NCBI GenBank assembly: GCA_016906335.1 | Contig: JADEYG010000003.1 | Span: 620,001 to 684,000, forward strand | Reading direction: 5' to 3' | DNA: 64,000 nt | Source: Novakomyces olei | Lineage: Eukaryota | Shown here: positions 10,625 through 22,840 of the stretch, piece after piece | Layout of the letters: every line of letters starts with the position of its first letter | How positions within the stretch are numbered: the stretch's first letter is position 1 | Notes under the pieces: model-generated | What the model saw: the letters and a program-made list of their open reading frames with translations, nothing else | Told to the model about the DNA's origin: nothing | The model's database searches: none | Program-made: the position numbers and the translations under genes

Positions 10625-13387
10625 CTAACCATCTCTTCGTCGTCTTTGAATAGCATAGTACTCGTTCATATTCAACCTCACGCCCAGGAACCGCATTTCC
10701 GGGTCCTGCTGGTGTGCGAGATCAGCAAGCAATACTCTCACACAGGAATCGAAATGCCTTTGACTGTGGATCAAACTGTCGGTAGCAAATGCAAGCGGGT
10801 CCTTGCCAGCAAAAGCCGAGGATTGACGAACTGAGGCTGTGTGTAGGACTTCAACTGCGTTTGCTACGGACAGCATTGTCTTAACTATTTCATGCAGCTG
10901 GTTCAGCATGGAAGCCTCGTTATGCCGGCTAGCTCCGAGCAGGCCTTTCATTGTAATATTACGCACATACTGATGGTGAGCAGCAATAATCGTGTCTAGT
11001 GTCACATCGCTCTGTCCTAGTACTTGCATCAATTGCTCCCATGAAGACTCGATAACTTCAAATAATATATAGTATTGTAACTGGCATAAGAAATGGTTCA
11101 TATCGTGAATAACTTTGCAAGCTACTCGCCAGCCAGTTGTGGATTTAGCACGGGCTTTCTTCGAAAGCGTGCGGGACCCCGGAACTGCGGTTTTCCATGC
11201 TTTTGCTAAAGCGCTTTCCACACGTTTCAAGCGCCATAAAAAGTTGAAGACTTTAAGGTACTGTCTATTACAATAATCTGTGAAAATTACGTCCAGTGGA
11301 GCAGTCACCCGGTACTCGAGCGTGAAAACGTCCCATCCCACTTCGCCGTGTCCGAGTTCTAACATTCGAGCGTCGAGAAGACAGAGAACGTGTGGAGGAT
11401 CGTATTGCGCGTTTGTGTACCTCACAACCGAGTCTAATGCGCTGGCTAAATTGTGCCTGAGCAACGTACTCGCTGGCCTGTCCAAGCTGGGTCTGAAGGG
11501 TGGTTAGATTTGTTCAGAGCACATGTATGTTTCAAATGAACATTGCTTGATTTGTTTTGATCTGTTTTGTTTTGATCTGTTTTGTTTTATTCTATTTGTT
11601 TTTTCCTTTTTTTCCTATTTTTTCCATACCCAATTGTTTCAAGCAGCATTAGACTGAAATCGCCCTGACCGAGCATCATGTACTTTTTCAATGCTATCAG
11701 GTGGTCCATTAAATGAAGATCGTCAACAACCAGTTTGCGCACGCGATCTACTGTGATCTGAAAAATCGCATTCACATCATCTTCAAGAGTGCCGATTGTT
11801 TCGTAGGAAAGGTCTGGAATTAGCGGCGTTACAAAATAACAGAATAAGGCGTTTGTGTATGTAAAGTCTTGATAATTTTAAAACTAATATATAATAAAGC
11901 CAACGAGCAATTGAAATTATGGAACCAAAAATCAGCTCACCTTTTTGAAACTTTTTCGAGTAATCTGCCACCCACTGCTCTTCATTGCAAGCAACTCGCA
12001 GAAAGTTTAAGCTCTTTCCAATGACAAATATTTTAGATGCCAAGTCTTGGCTTATAAAGTCAGGCAGCAGATCCTGGGAGTAGGAATAATTTTGGTCCCA
12101 GGCAGATTTTTTGCCGTCCTGCCCGATTTGTTTAATATAGAATTCTCCGTACACATCTTGCAACATCCCAAAATATATCCATTGTCTGAGCATTTCAAAA
12201 AACGATCGGGTTATTGAGCTCAAGATACTTTGCGCGAATTCGACTACAAACTGATCACCCGTGTGGCTTATTTGAATGATGAAGTTTATAATCTGACCCC
12301 CGTGCTTATCTAAAAATGCGTCAGTGGTGATTAGCTGTTACCACGGTACCTTTAACGTCGGAGATAATAGAAAAGCAAAGCCGTAATAAAAGTATCGAAT
12401 CTGTGAGCCAAACATAGGCTTTCTTTAAAGAACGAAAAAAAGCAGACGGCTCTCGTTGCGGTGCACATATTTCAGTTTCCACAGCGGCAACGCTCACCAA
12501 GTACTCTCGCATCTTTGTGCTGAAAAACGATTGCAGTGACTGCCTTACTAAACTCGGGCGAAGAGCGGTCTCCCCAGCTCTCCACGCTCCCGTTTCAATA
12601 AAGGTTTGAATGCTGCGATATAGCATCCCTGCCTCAGCAAAAAGGCACGATTGATTGACTAGAGAGTCCGGCATAGCACTGTCAATCTCAAATCCATTGT
12701 CTAAGAACTCCACATAGTCTGTAGAAAGGCCCTGTACGACAAACGGTACTTGCTGGAGCACGGCATCCTCGAATTCTGATATATCTTTACATAAAATTTG
12801 CGGAACCGCCTCTTTCACCGCGTCAAAGGTGAAACGCGAAGGTCCGTCGGACTGAATAAATGCAAAGGCATCTATCGGGTCCTGTGATTGCAGCTCTGGT
12901 GTCTCGTGGATAGCAGAGCAAGCCAAAACAAACCGTACCAGTCCATTCTTATTATGCAATGCTCGCTACAAGGATTAATCGCAATGAAAAGAAAATATTT
13001 GAAAATAGATAAGCAGAAGCAAAATAAAACAAGAAAAAGCACCCTACCTTGCGGCTCAGCCGTCCTAGTAAGCGCGCCGCCCTGGCTACTTTGCCATCGT
13101 CATTTTCGAGTTTTACTGTCAATATAAGTTGGAGCTCTTAAGAGACACAGGGAAACATACATTTCCGCAACACGCGGTCAGCAGCTACTTCAAAAGACAG
13201 ATTGCCTTCTCCCTTGCCTCGGTTTTGTCTACAAGCGTATTAGTATTCTACAGCTTTGATCGTATCAGTGGCACATGTACCTCTGCGCGAGCAAACGCTC
13301 ACACGCCTCGAGCGCGTCTTCCTGTTCTTCTGGTAATCGATAGTGCAAAACGAGTCGCTCTAACGCGTCTCCCAGCGCGAGCGACAT
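10625..13387 (-). CDS. SPC98: Gamma-tubulin complex component GCP3 (Spc98/Alp6), about 7 exons
   Basis: KIFVIGKSLNFLR, LKKYMMLGQGDF, GWDVFTLEYRV and QLQYYILFEVIESSW motifs. Start MSLALGDALERLV reconstructed at 13387. Confidence 0.9.
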
Positions 13388-13555
13388 TATGCGATTGCTT
13401 TTCACCTTTTCTTCGGACCCAATTCCGGCATTTCGTCAAAGTGCTGCTCGACGCGTTGTAAACAATAATTTCCTATAATACTGCCACTATAATCATAGAC
13501 GCTGCTCTTTACACATTATCTGCAAAATTAAATGCGAACAATAATTAAATGCGAA

Positions 13556-13571
13556 CTAACCCTAACCCTAA
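13556..13571. promoter_or_regulatory. Telomere-type (CCCTAA) motif / AACCCT box in the SPC98-CWC23 divergent promoter
   Basis: CTAACCCTAACCCTAA is seen directly. A role as a telobox Myb-factor site is inferred. Confidence 0.5.
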
Positions 13572-13672
13572 TATTAAGCTTGAGTCTCGCTAGAAAACAA
13601 TATTGTGAATAAACAAATATTATAATTTATTTAGTAGACGCTAATCACGAGGCAAACGGCCGAGCGAGAAGA

Positions 13673-14716
13673 ATGGCCGCGACCGATCTGCCGCCGCCTC
13701 CGCCTCAGGTCGACTACTATGAGCTTCTTGGTGTCGCTGAATCAGCGACTGATGAAGAAATCACTCGGGCCTGGCGTAAAACTGCGCTCAAGTATCACCC
13801 TGACAAGAACCCGAATGATAAGGCTAAAGTGGACAAGTTCCATCAGCTTCAGGAGGCTCTTATGGTATTGACCACGGCTAGCACGCGGGCTGCATTCGAC
13901 AATGCGAGGAAAGCTCGGCTGGCGCGTGCGCGTCGGGAAAAGACGTTTGATTTAAAGAGACGGCAGATGAAAGATGATTTGATGGGCCGCGAATTTGCAG
14001 CTAAACGGTTTCGTGCTGAAGCTGAATCTGCCGAAGCACAGTTCCAAGCAAATCTTTCAAAATTACGAGACGAGAGTGCTCAGCTGCGTGCTCAGCACGC
14101 AGCTCGGCAGCGTGTGCACCGTGAGCAAAAGGCTCCAGCTGATAAGGGCGAAGAGAAAGGGGATCAGGATCAGGAGCCCGATGAGAGTGCATCGAGCTTT
14201 ACGGAGCAGCAGCGAACAGTGAAAATAAGGCTTAAAAAGGCAAAGATGGAGCCTTCAAGCTCAGACTCTCCCGTCCGAAATTCAATTTATAATGCAATGA
14301 GCAAGTATGGAACAATTGAGAGTCTGGTCATGACTGCTAAAGCTGCGCTTGTGGTCTACGAAAATGTGCTGGCCGCAGACGCAGCTGTCAACGATCCAGA
14401 ACTTTTGCGACTCGATCAGATAAAGAGCGTTTCGTGGGCGGTTACAAGGACAGATACGGAAAATAAAACTGAAGCAAAGTCAGATCAAGCAGCGGACAAA
14501 GGCACCAGTGACTTGAGGCCGGAATTTAAATCCAGCAAAAATACATTTACAGGCTCTCAAAGAGCACAACCGTCTTTCTCCTCCTTTCCATCGGGAATGG
14601 CAAGGCCTGCTTCGAATTCGTCTGCTGACTATGAAAGCGCTACAATTCTGCGTATGCGGGAAGCCGAGCGGCAACGAATGGCGGCTGCCTTACGAGACGA
14701 AGAATCCAAATCTTGA
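13673..14716 (+). CDS. CWC23: Pre-mRNA splicing factor Cwc23/Cwf23 (J domain plus RRM-like region)
   Basis: J domain with KYHPDKN, then RRQMKDDL..RE, a degenerate RRM (SKYGTIE) and C-terminal DYESATILRMR.AERQR. Confidence 0.9.
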   Translation: MAATDLPPPPPQVDYYELLGVAESATDEEITRAWRKTALKYHPDKNPNDKAKVDKFHQLQEALMVLTTASTRAAFDNARKARLARARREKTFDLKRRQMKDDLMGREFAAKRFRAEAESAEAQFQANLSKLRDESAQLRAQHAARQRVHREQKAPADKGEEKGDQDQEPDESASSFTEQQRTVKIRLKKAKMEPSSSDSPVRNSIYNAMSKYGTIESLVMTAKAALVVYENVLAADAAVNDPELLRLDQIKSVSWAVTRTDTENKTEAKSDQAADKGTSDLRPEFKSSKNTFTGSQRAQPSFSSFPSGMARPASNSSADYESATILRMREAERQRMAAALRDEESKS

Positions 14717-14773
14717 TTTGTATGACCATTTCTGAATATAACTCATTTATTTGTACTATCAATTTGTACCATA

Positions 14774-15930
14774 CTATTTCCTCGTTCCAATTTCTGACTG
14801 TTGTAGCGCAACCATTACCGGGGTTAACCGATCAAGCTTGTTTTCAAGGGTTTCAACTATATCTGCCAGTGTCTTGTTTGTCGACTCGAGCTGATCGATC
14901 CGTTCTATCAACTGTTGCTCCCAAAGCGAACGGCTCGAATGGCTCTGGACATAGAGCTCCGTCTGCTTTGCACTACTATTCAATAGCGCGGATGTAAGGC
15001 GCTCCATGGCCATATATAGAGATTCATCCATCCTATTGCCGTTAGAAAAGCGGCTGCTGCCAAAGCCAAGGCCGAGATGCGAATCTGGCCGAAGATCCGA
15101 CCGGTGAGCTGGAGTCGACGTGGACGGTCCACCAGCTCCAACTGCTGCTTCTGCAGCGGCGGCAGCTGCGGCCGCTGCAGCGTTTGAGACCTCGACACTA
15201 GGTGGAGAAGCCCCGTCCCAATGATGGGCATCGGCTCCGTGCCGATGAAAATCTGTACTGGCCTCATTGTCGTTGGACAGTAAGCGTTGGGGCGATGAGA
15301 TTCCTGAAAGAAGCGCTTCATGTTGTGATACTATATCATACAGCTCAAGAGCAGTTTTGTCTTTGGCGTTTAGATCGTCGGGTCGAGCTGCGCCGGATTC
15401 GATAGCGTTTAATTTTTTCTAGCATCAATTAGCATTTGGCGTTAATAAACTGAATATTGGCAATCAAGTGGCAATCATTTGCATTTAGTCCTTTTTCCCT
15501 TTTGTCGGTTTTGGATAAAAATATTGCTATTTGTAATTATGCATACTTTTGCCTCGCGCATAGCGTTCTCACAAGTCTTTTTTAGCGAGTCGGGTACAGG
15601 TCCGGGCCGATGTGTTAGTTGCTCGTACTCGCTCACGCATATTTGGTAAAATCGCCGTTTGGAAACCATTCCGTACAGGTTTTTGTTAGCCAAAGCGATG
15701 GATAGGACATTCTTCAAATTGTCTTCAGTCGCAACCCATCGATTCTTTCTTGTACGCAATCCTGAATCCACTGAGCGCGGTAGTATAGGCGACTATTCAT
15801 TAGCTGACTGACAGGTTTGGCGACTTTTAGTAAACAAGTCTGTGGTCTGTAAAATATGGAAGAAAAACAAAAAAAAAAAAGAAAAGAAAAAGGAAAAAAA
15901 AATTGAACTTTCTCATACCTGCTGATCCAT
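14774..15930 (-). CDS. Uncharacterised ~300-aa protein with possible Myb/SANT-like N-terminus and C-terminal coiled coil, 3 exons
   Basis: Exons 15930-15919, 15792-15547 and 15418-14774 join in frame across GTATGA..GCTAAT..TAG and GTATGC..CTAAT..TAG introns. Confidence 0.7.
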
Positions 15931-16347
15931 ATATGGCGCAAAGTAAGGCGGCCGCACAGTACTTTTACCTTGTCGCAAGTCGTCGCGCGTCTCGACGCGA
16001 CAAAGCTGTATACTATAATTTGCGCGACTTAGACGGGTTTGTCGTTAATCCGCTGTACGATTTATTTAATCCGCTTCTTAGATCAGCGGGCTGCACAAAC
16101 CGTTGCTTGTTGTCAGAGTGAAAAATCGTCTGCTTTAATATGGAGGACGAGTTTCCAGTAACGCCGTGTAATTCTTGTTTGCTTACTCCTCCTGTTATTT
16201 ATTAGGGAATAATGTCCAATCCTTTTGCCCACAAAAGCAGACGGGGCCCGTGCACGTAATTTCCATATTGGACAACGATTATTTACACATAACCCTAATG
16301 AAAGGGGCCTCTTGAGACGAGTATCGTCTGTTCGCGCGCTGCCAAAC

Positions 16348-17313
16348 ATGAGCAGGTACGAAGCTCACCAGAGAGAGAAAATGCTGCTGGAGCTGATGCC
16401 GCTTTATGACCGTGCACGGCCGTTGCCTTTACCTCTTTTGAAGTACGTCGAGGCTCTGCATTCACTTTCGCGCGTTATTCAACTCAAACCGACAGAGGAA
16501 GCAGCACGGCCTCAGATTTGCGCGTACCTCGCGTGCAAAAGGTAAGCAGCAATTACGCGTCATCCAGGCTGACGTAATAGACTGGCAGTGGATCTAGATC
16601 TACCTGACGTCAGTTTGCGAGCGGCATTGCTACCGCAAAGGTCATTTAACGGGTTAGTAAAGCATTTTGATACGCGGATACCACACCGTGCAGTGAGCGA
16701 CCGCTCACCTTTGGTCCGTCAATATGGTCCAAACAGCGGCAGTAAAGCAAATAGTGCAAGGCACATTAATTTGCTATGTTCGCAATTGGGCATTGCAGAG
16801 TACGAGGCGGCCTCTGCATGGATCTCATCTGCAGTAGGGGACAAGGCCGGCTCGGCCGGCTCTGTGTCTGAGACGGCAGAGCTGAGTGTGGCTACTGTGT
16901 GTGCAGTTTACGCACACCTTTTTCCCACTGCAAACTTGACGGATAAACGTGGCAGATTACAGCGGGCTATACGGGCTGTAATTGATCTGCCTTTACGGCA
17001 AGACCGTCTTGATTATTGGTTTACTATTGTTGATGCTGAAGCCACCGCCCAAGGATGGTACCATTCGCTGCGTCATTTAGGCAGTCTTCCCTCTAAGCCC
17101 AAAGCCGTAGTCAACGGTGTTGGTTCAATGGTATATTTACGCATATGCACACGGAGTGTTGTACTAACAAAACAGCGTTTGGCGCAGTACGATTATTCGT
17201 CGCCTGAACACGCGCGCGTGTTTAATGAATTTAGACACAAAATGTTGGATAGAATAAGGCAGAACCGGGTATCTCTCGGAAAAGGTGCTTATACCCAGAA
17301 ATTAGGCGCGTGA
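16348..17313 (+). CDS. ORC6: Origin recognition complex subunit 6, 3 exons
   Basis: LKPTEEAARPQICAYLACKRL and C-terminal NGVGSM...QYDY match the fungal Orc6 pattern. Introns at about 16542-16580 and 17131-17175. Confidence 0.8.
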
Positions 17314-17439
17314 GGGGCACATGGTTTGGTATTTCTAATTGTCTGCAATTGTTTTGTTTAATATTGCGTTAATATCAGACTGTTTGAATGTCAGACTGTC
17401 ACTTGACTCGGATTGCATTACCACGATTGTTCATAATTC

Positions 17440-17568
17440 ATATAATAATATGATTCATACAATAATATGATTCATACAATAATATGATTCATACAATAAT
17501 TGATTCATACAGTAATTAATTCATACAGTAATTAATTCATACAGTAATTAATTCATGCAGTAATTATT
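17440..17568. repeat. AT-rich 16-17-bp tandem repeats (TGATTCATACAATAATA / ATTAATTCATACAGTA)
   Basis: Visible tandem units whose sequence drifts gradually along the array. Confidence 0.8.
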
Positions 17569-17801
17569 ATTGAAATAATAATTAAATGAAATAATATTAA
17601 AATAATAAAAAAGTAGATTTATACACACATAATTTATACATTAGCATTGTGTTTTATTCAGTCTGTTTAGTTTATGGTAGGATCGCCAAGCAAAACAAGA
17701 TGCAGTAGGGTTTTCCTGCAACGAGAATCTAATCCTCGAGGCCAAATATCGCTGAGCAAGCGATAACTCGAGGCATTTAGCCGTCGGCGCCAGCATTGCA
17801 C

Positions 17802-18284
17802 ATGTCTGATAGGTATGATTCTGAATTCAAATACAACAACATAAAAATTAAATAAAATGAGATCAGCGCTTTTTATGGAAACAAATGTCTTGACTGTGAG
17901 TCTCAAGACTCTAATTTTGTTTTTCGCCCAGGCTAATGTTTGTGCAGAAACAGGCATTCTACACCATACAGCGAGTATATGGGGCACGGTCCTCCAGCGC
18001 CTCAAGATCAGGCACTATGGGCGCTTATAAATCAGCAGAGTCGCTTAAATACGTCAACGCCACAAGAAGCTGCTAGTAACTCTAACAGCTGGAACGATAT
18101 AAGCGGTTCGCCCTATTATCAGTACGCGATGCCCCCGCCATCGCCGCTTTTGCGGCAATTACAGCAGCAGCAACGGCAGCAGCAGCAGCAGCAGCAGCAG
18201 ATGTTTCCTATCAATTCAGATATCCAGCCTGGAGCTTATGGGCAGAATTTTGTAAAGGACCAGTCCTCGATATACGCACGACAA

Positions 18285-18323
<39 letters not shown>

Positions 18324-18547
18324 ATGGGCCAAAGGTTTCATGCGTATACTCCAGTATCGCCGCAGCCAGCTCCGGGCGGAAACCCTGGGCTTGTTGCCCC
18401 AGGAAATCACCAGTCGCCTACGCATTTAGAGTCCTCAGGACCGAAGCAGTACCCTTCCCAGAATTTTTCATTGGCCCAACAGTTCCCTCAGAATTTTAAT
18501 AATAACAATAACAATAGTAATGCTTTTAATTCTCCTACACAGCAGTC

Positions 18548-18578
<31 letters not shown>

Positions 18579-21500
18579 TCTTATCACCAGAAATCTGCAC
18601 TTGTTCAACAACAACAACAACAACAACAACAACAGCAGCAACAACAACAGCAACAGCAACAACAGCAGTATGCTCAAACGTTCCCTTCTTATCAGCAGCA
18701 TTTACCGTACGGGATCGATAATCTCAAAGTGCCTAAACCGAAGTCTCGATCGAACGGTGCGAGTAGACGGTCAGGATCTGCCAATTCTTTTGCTGCATCA
18801 CCCTCATTAGACACGAAAGCTTTGGATACAGAAGTGAAAGATGCTACTGGTATTAAAGCTGCTAATACTTTGGCAACGAATACCCCACTTCCGCGTGTAC
18901 CGCCTCATTTAAGGAACGGTGCTCGTTACAGGATCACTGATGGAACGGTGGAGCCCCGGACAGGCACTGAAGATCCTCTGTCAGAAGAGACACCTGTGGC
19001 CAAATGTTCTTGCCCTCGAAACATGAGTTTGACGGATTATAGCAGGCTGTGCCTGGACGCTGCTGCTGCTTGTCGTTTGCCTCCGTACTCCTTGAGCCAG
19101 CAGGAATCTGAATTATTTCAAGGCCGTACGCATAACGTGGAGATCATTTATCTGCAAGCACGAAATGCAATTTGTTACCTGTGGACACTTAATCCTCTGC
19201 TCTACGTTACTCGCGTCGAGGCACAGGGTGTCGCGAAGGAGGAAAAGTACTTTCAGCTGGCAGGCTTGGCCTGGGATTTTTTAACACGGTACGGGCACAT
19301 TAATTTTGGGTGTCTACGGATTCAGACGGAAGCAGCTTTAGCAACTTTGCCCGAGGCAACAGAGCAAAAGCCAGGTAAGAAGGTTGTTGTTGTGGGCGCT
19401 GGTATTGCGGGACTTGCGTGTGCTCGTCAATTAAAGGGGCTTATAGCAATGAACGCTCAGCACTTGAAATCGATGGGAGAACCTCTACCAGAGATTGTTT
19501 TGATTGAAAGCAGAAACAGAATCGGAGGGCGTGTCTACTCCTATAAACTGGCCTCTGTGGAAAATGGCAATGCTAATAATGGAAATGATAATAGCCATGC
19601 TGGCAATACGGCTAATGCCGCTCGGGTGGATTTGGGGGCGCAAATAGTGACGGGGCTCGGGTACGGGAATCCGATTGATATACTTTTAAGGCGGCAGCTG
19701 GCTCTGCAGTACCATCAGCTACACGATCCTGGGATAACATTCGACGTGAATGGTGAGCTGGTGGATGCGGAGATCGATACACGTATAAATTCGCTGTGGA
19801 ACTATGTTCTTGATCTTGTCAGCTCATTAAAGGAATCTGGCAATCGGCAGTCAGGTATTGCAGAGACCGGTGCAGCAGTTAACCGTATGACGGGTCGGCC
19901 TGCTAATGCAACAGGATCGTCGGTGAAGGTTCCTCCCAGCGCTGCTCTGTCCAAAATGGGGTTTAAACTGCGTGCCGACGTTGTTGGTACTAGTATTAAT
20001 AATAGTACTGGTACTAATGATAGTATTGGTATCACTAATCATTCTAGTACTGATAATAATACAAATACCAGTACTAATCCCAATTTGCCCTTTTCCGAAC
20101 CGAGTGTGGTTAGAGGCTCAAGTCTCGGGGAAAGCATTCGTTTGACGTTTGCGTCTATCTGCAAGATTGTCAGCCTTTCGCCATTGGAGCTACGTCTCTT
20201 CAACTGGCATATGGCAAATTTAGAGTACGCTAATGGCACTCCTCTCGACAACCTTTCCTTATACCACTGGGACCAGGACGACGGAAACGAGTTTCGTGGT
20301 CCTCATGCTACTGTGGCCAATGGCTATGGCCAAGTGGCTCGTGGTCTTGCCCTCGCTCCCCAACGACTTGATATCACTCTGGGTAAGAGAGTAGTCAATA
20401 TTGACTACCAGTCAGAAATAGATTCTGTCTCAAACCCAGAGTCTGATTCTCTCAGAGGTGAAGACTCTGAACCTCCGCAATTGCCTCGTGCAGTTGTAAC
20501 TCTGTCGGATAATACCCGTATTTATGCAGACGCAGTCGTCTGCACACTACCCTTGGGAGTGCTGAAGAGGGAGACAGTCGGGTTCCATCCTCCTCTGCCA
20601 GATTGGAAAATGGCCGCTATTAAACGGCTCGGGTTTGGGGTCATGAACAAGGTTGTACTCGTGTTTCCAACGCCGTTTTGGAATAGTAATATTGATTTCG
20701 TCAATATGCTTAATGAGCCAAAGATTATTGAAGATAAGAATAACAATAATAACTATGATAATAACAGTAATAGTAATAATTATGAAAATAATAATAATGA
20801 TAATAATGACGATGATGATGATAATAATAATGAAAAAGGCAAAGCAGCAGGCCTGGACGGTGCTTTTGCTCGTGTGCGTGGACGCTACTATCAGTTTTGG
20901 AGCAATACTGCTGCTTGTGGCCGGCCAGTGCTTACGGCCTTTATGGCTGGTGAGGCAGCACAAGAGACGGAGACTATGTCGGACTCTGAAGTGGTGGAGG
21001 GAGCGCTGGAGGCTTTAAATAGAATCTACGGATCAATGCCCGCTTCCGCTTCCGCTTCCGCTTCCGCTTTGGCTGTGCATTCCGATTCGAATTCCGGTGC
21101 CGATTCAACCGCAACTTCCCTTCCAATTCCGGCTCCGATCGAGTCGGTAGTAACGCGATGGGGCCGTGACCCTAACGCGTATGGCTCTTATTCGTACGTG
21201 GCTTGTGACTCTTCGGGTGCGGATTATGACGCAATGGCCATGGCAGTGGGAAACCTCTTCTTTGCTGGTGAGGGCACCTGCCAAACACACCCGGCCACAG
21301 TGCACGGAGCCTTTATCTCCGGGCTGAGAGCGGCCAGTCAAGTTTTCGCACGGATTGCTGGTCCTCTAGTGGTACCTGACCCAATTGTTCCTCTGCCTCT
21401 GCAGTATGATGCGTATGCGAACGGGCTTAAACGCAAGTCTCATAGTGCTGAAGCCAGCATAGACCACCAGGCGCGTTATGAAACTTTGCGCGATTCAAGG

Positions 21501-21953
21501 CTGGAGAAGCAGAGGGCGGAAATTGAGCAGGCAGTTGTTGAGCAGCTGGGCGAGCGGCCGGTTTTGCCGGCAAAGCCCAGTGCAAATCCGTTCCTGCTCT
21601 ACCAAAAGACGGAATGGCAAACGTGCAAGTTGGAGGCGGAGGAGGAGAAAAGGGCTGCTGGTCAGCCTGCCGCAGTGAGCAAGAACGAGATAAGAGCGCG
21701 ATTAGGCCGTACATGGCGAGGACTGTCTGCGGAAAAGCGAGAGCCCTGGACGAACACTGTCCAGCAACGAAGGCGCGAGTTTGATAAACAGACGGAAGAA
21801 ATTCAAGCGGCTTTACGGGACTACGAGGCACGTGCAGATGCAGTTCGGAATGAAATGCAGGCCGACTTTGACGCTGAGCGTGAGCCGGCAGAAGAGGCAG
21901 AAGCGCGTCGGCTTGCGGAAGAGGAGTCGAAAGAGAAAAGGCGGCGTACGTAA
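17802..21953 (+). CDS. LSD1: LSD1/KDM1-family histone demethylase (polyQ N-terminus, SWIRM, FAD amine oxidase, C-terminal HMG box)
   Basis: SWIRM (YLQARNAI..LW; FLTRYGHINFG), VVVGAGIAGL, RIGGRV, WHMANLEYAN, GVMNKVVL (catalytic Lys position), HPATVHGAFISG and HMG-like NPFLLYQK...LGRTWR. Short first exon ATG 17802, intron 17813-17947. Confidence 0.93.
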
Positions 21954-22840
21954 TATCTTGAATGTATGATAGTGTAGATTGAGAAGCGATGATCAAAATA
22001 TAAAAGCTGTTTTATAAAGTATCGAATAGTTGTACTGGGATTTTGTAGGAGTTTGTTGATCTTGTAAACGACAAAGAAACCTGTGTCGTTTTATACGTGG
22101 GAAGTAGGCGGGACACGGTTCGTAGTCGTGCGTACCGTTTAGTCAATAATATATCTATGCGTGGTTTATTTGAAATTTTTACAGATTCTGCGGACTGATC
22201 TATGCTGTCGCGAAAAAAATAGCCTCAACTAGACATCTGTACATATTGACAGTAATTGAATCAAATTGATCGCCTTGCAGCAAACTACGAAAACATCATG
22301 TTTATATAATGTCAAAAATAACTACCATATGAACGAAAATTATTGATTCAAAGCAACAACACGAGCAATGACAAAAAACGAAAAAAAAAAATAAATAAAT
22401 AAATAAATAAAAAGGAAATAGAAAATAGAAAATCCACACTGCACCTGCCACTGTTACAGTGGCTGCACGTGGGCGGTCGTGCGACTCCGAATTCAGTATA
22501 ATTAACTGTCCGCCCACGGAACATGGCAAATTCTAAAACGCCCATCTGTAACACAAACATTGAATCACCGTCGTCGAGACAAGTAATATATATCCACCGC
22601 ACTATGGCTAATCGCATATGATATGTGAAACGCTTTACCAAGTAAGAATAATGCCAGGCGTAAGCTTTTCCATTAGCTAACGGTAACCAGTGGTAAATTC
22701 CATGCTCAAGTAACAGAAAACAAGTAATGCAGCAGCTCATGTAATTTCTCTCAACCAAAAAATCCTTCAGACTCAAAACCAATCTTTGTGTTTGTGTTCC
22801 GTCTCCCGTTCCCTGTTTTCGTGCAAACTACTCAGAAATA

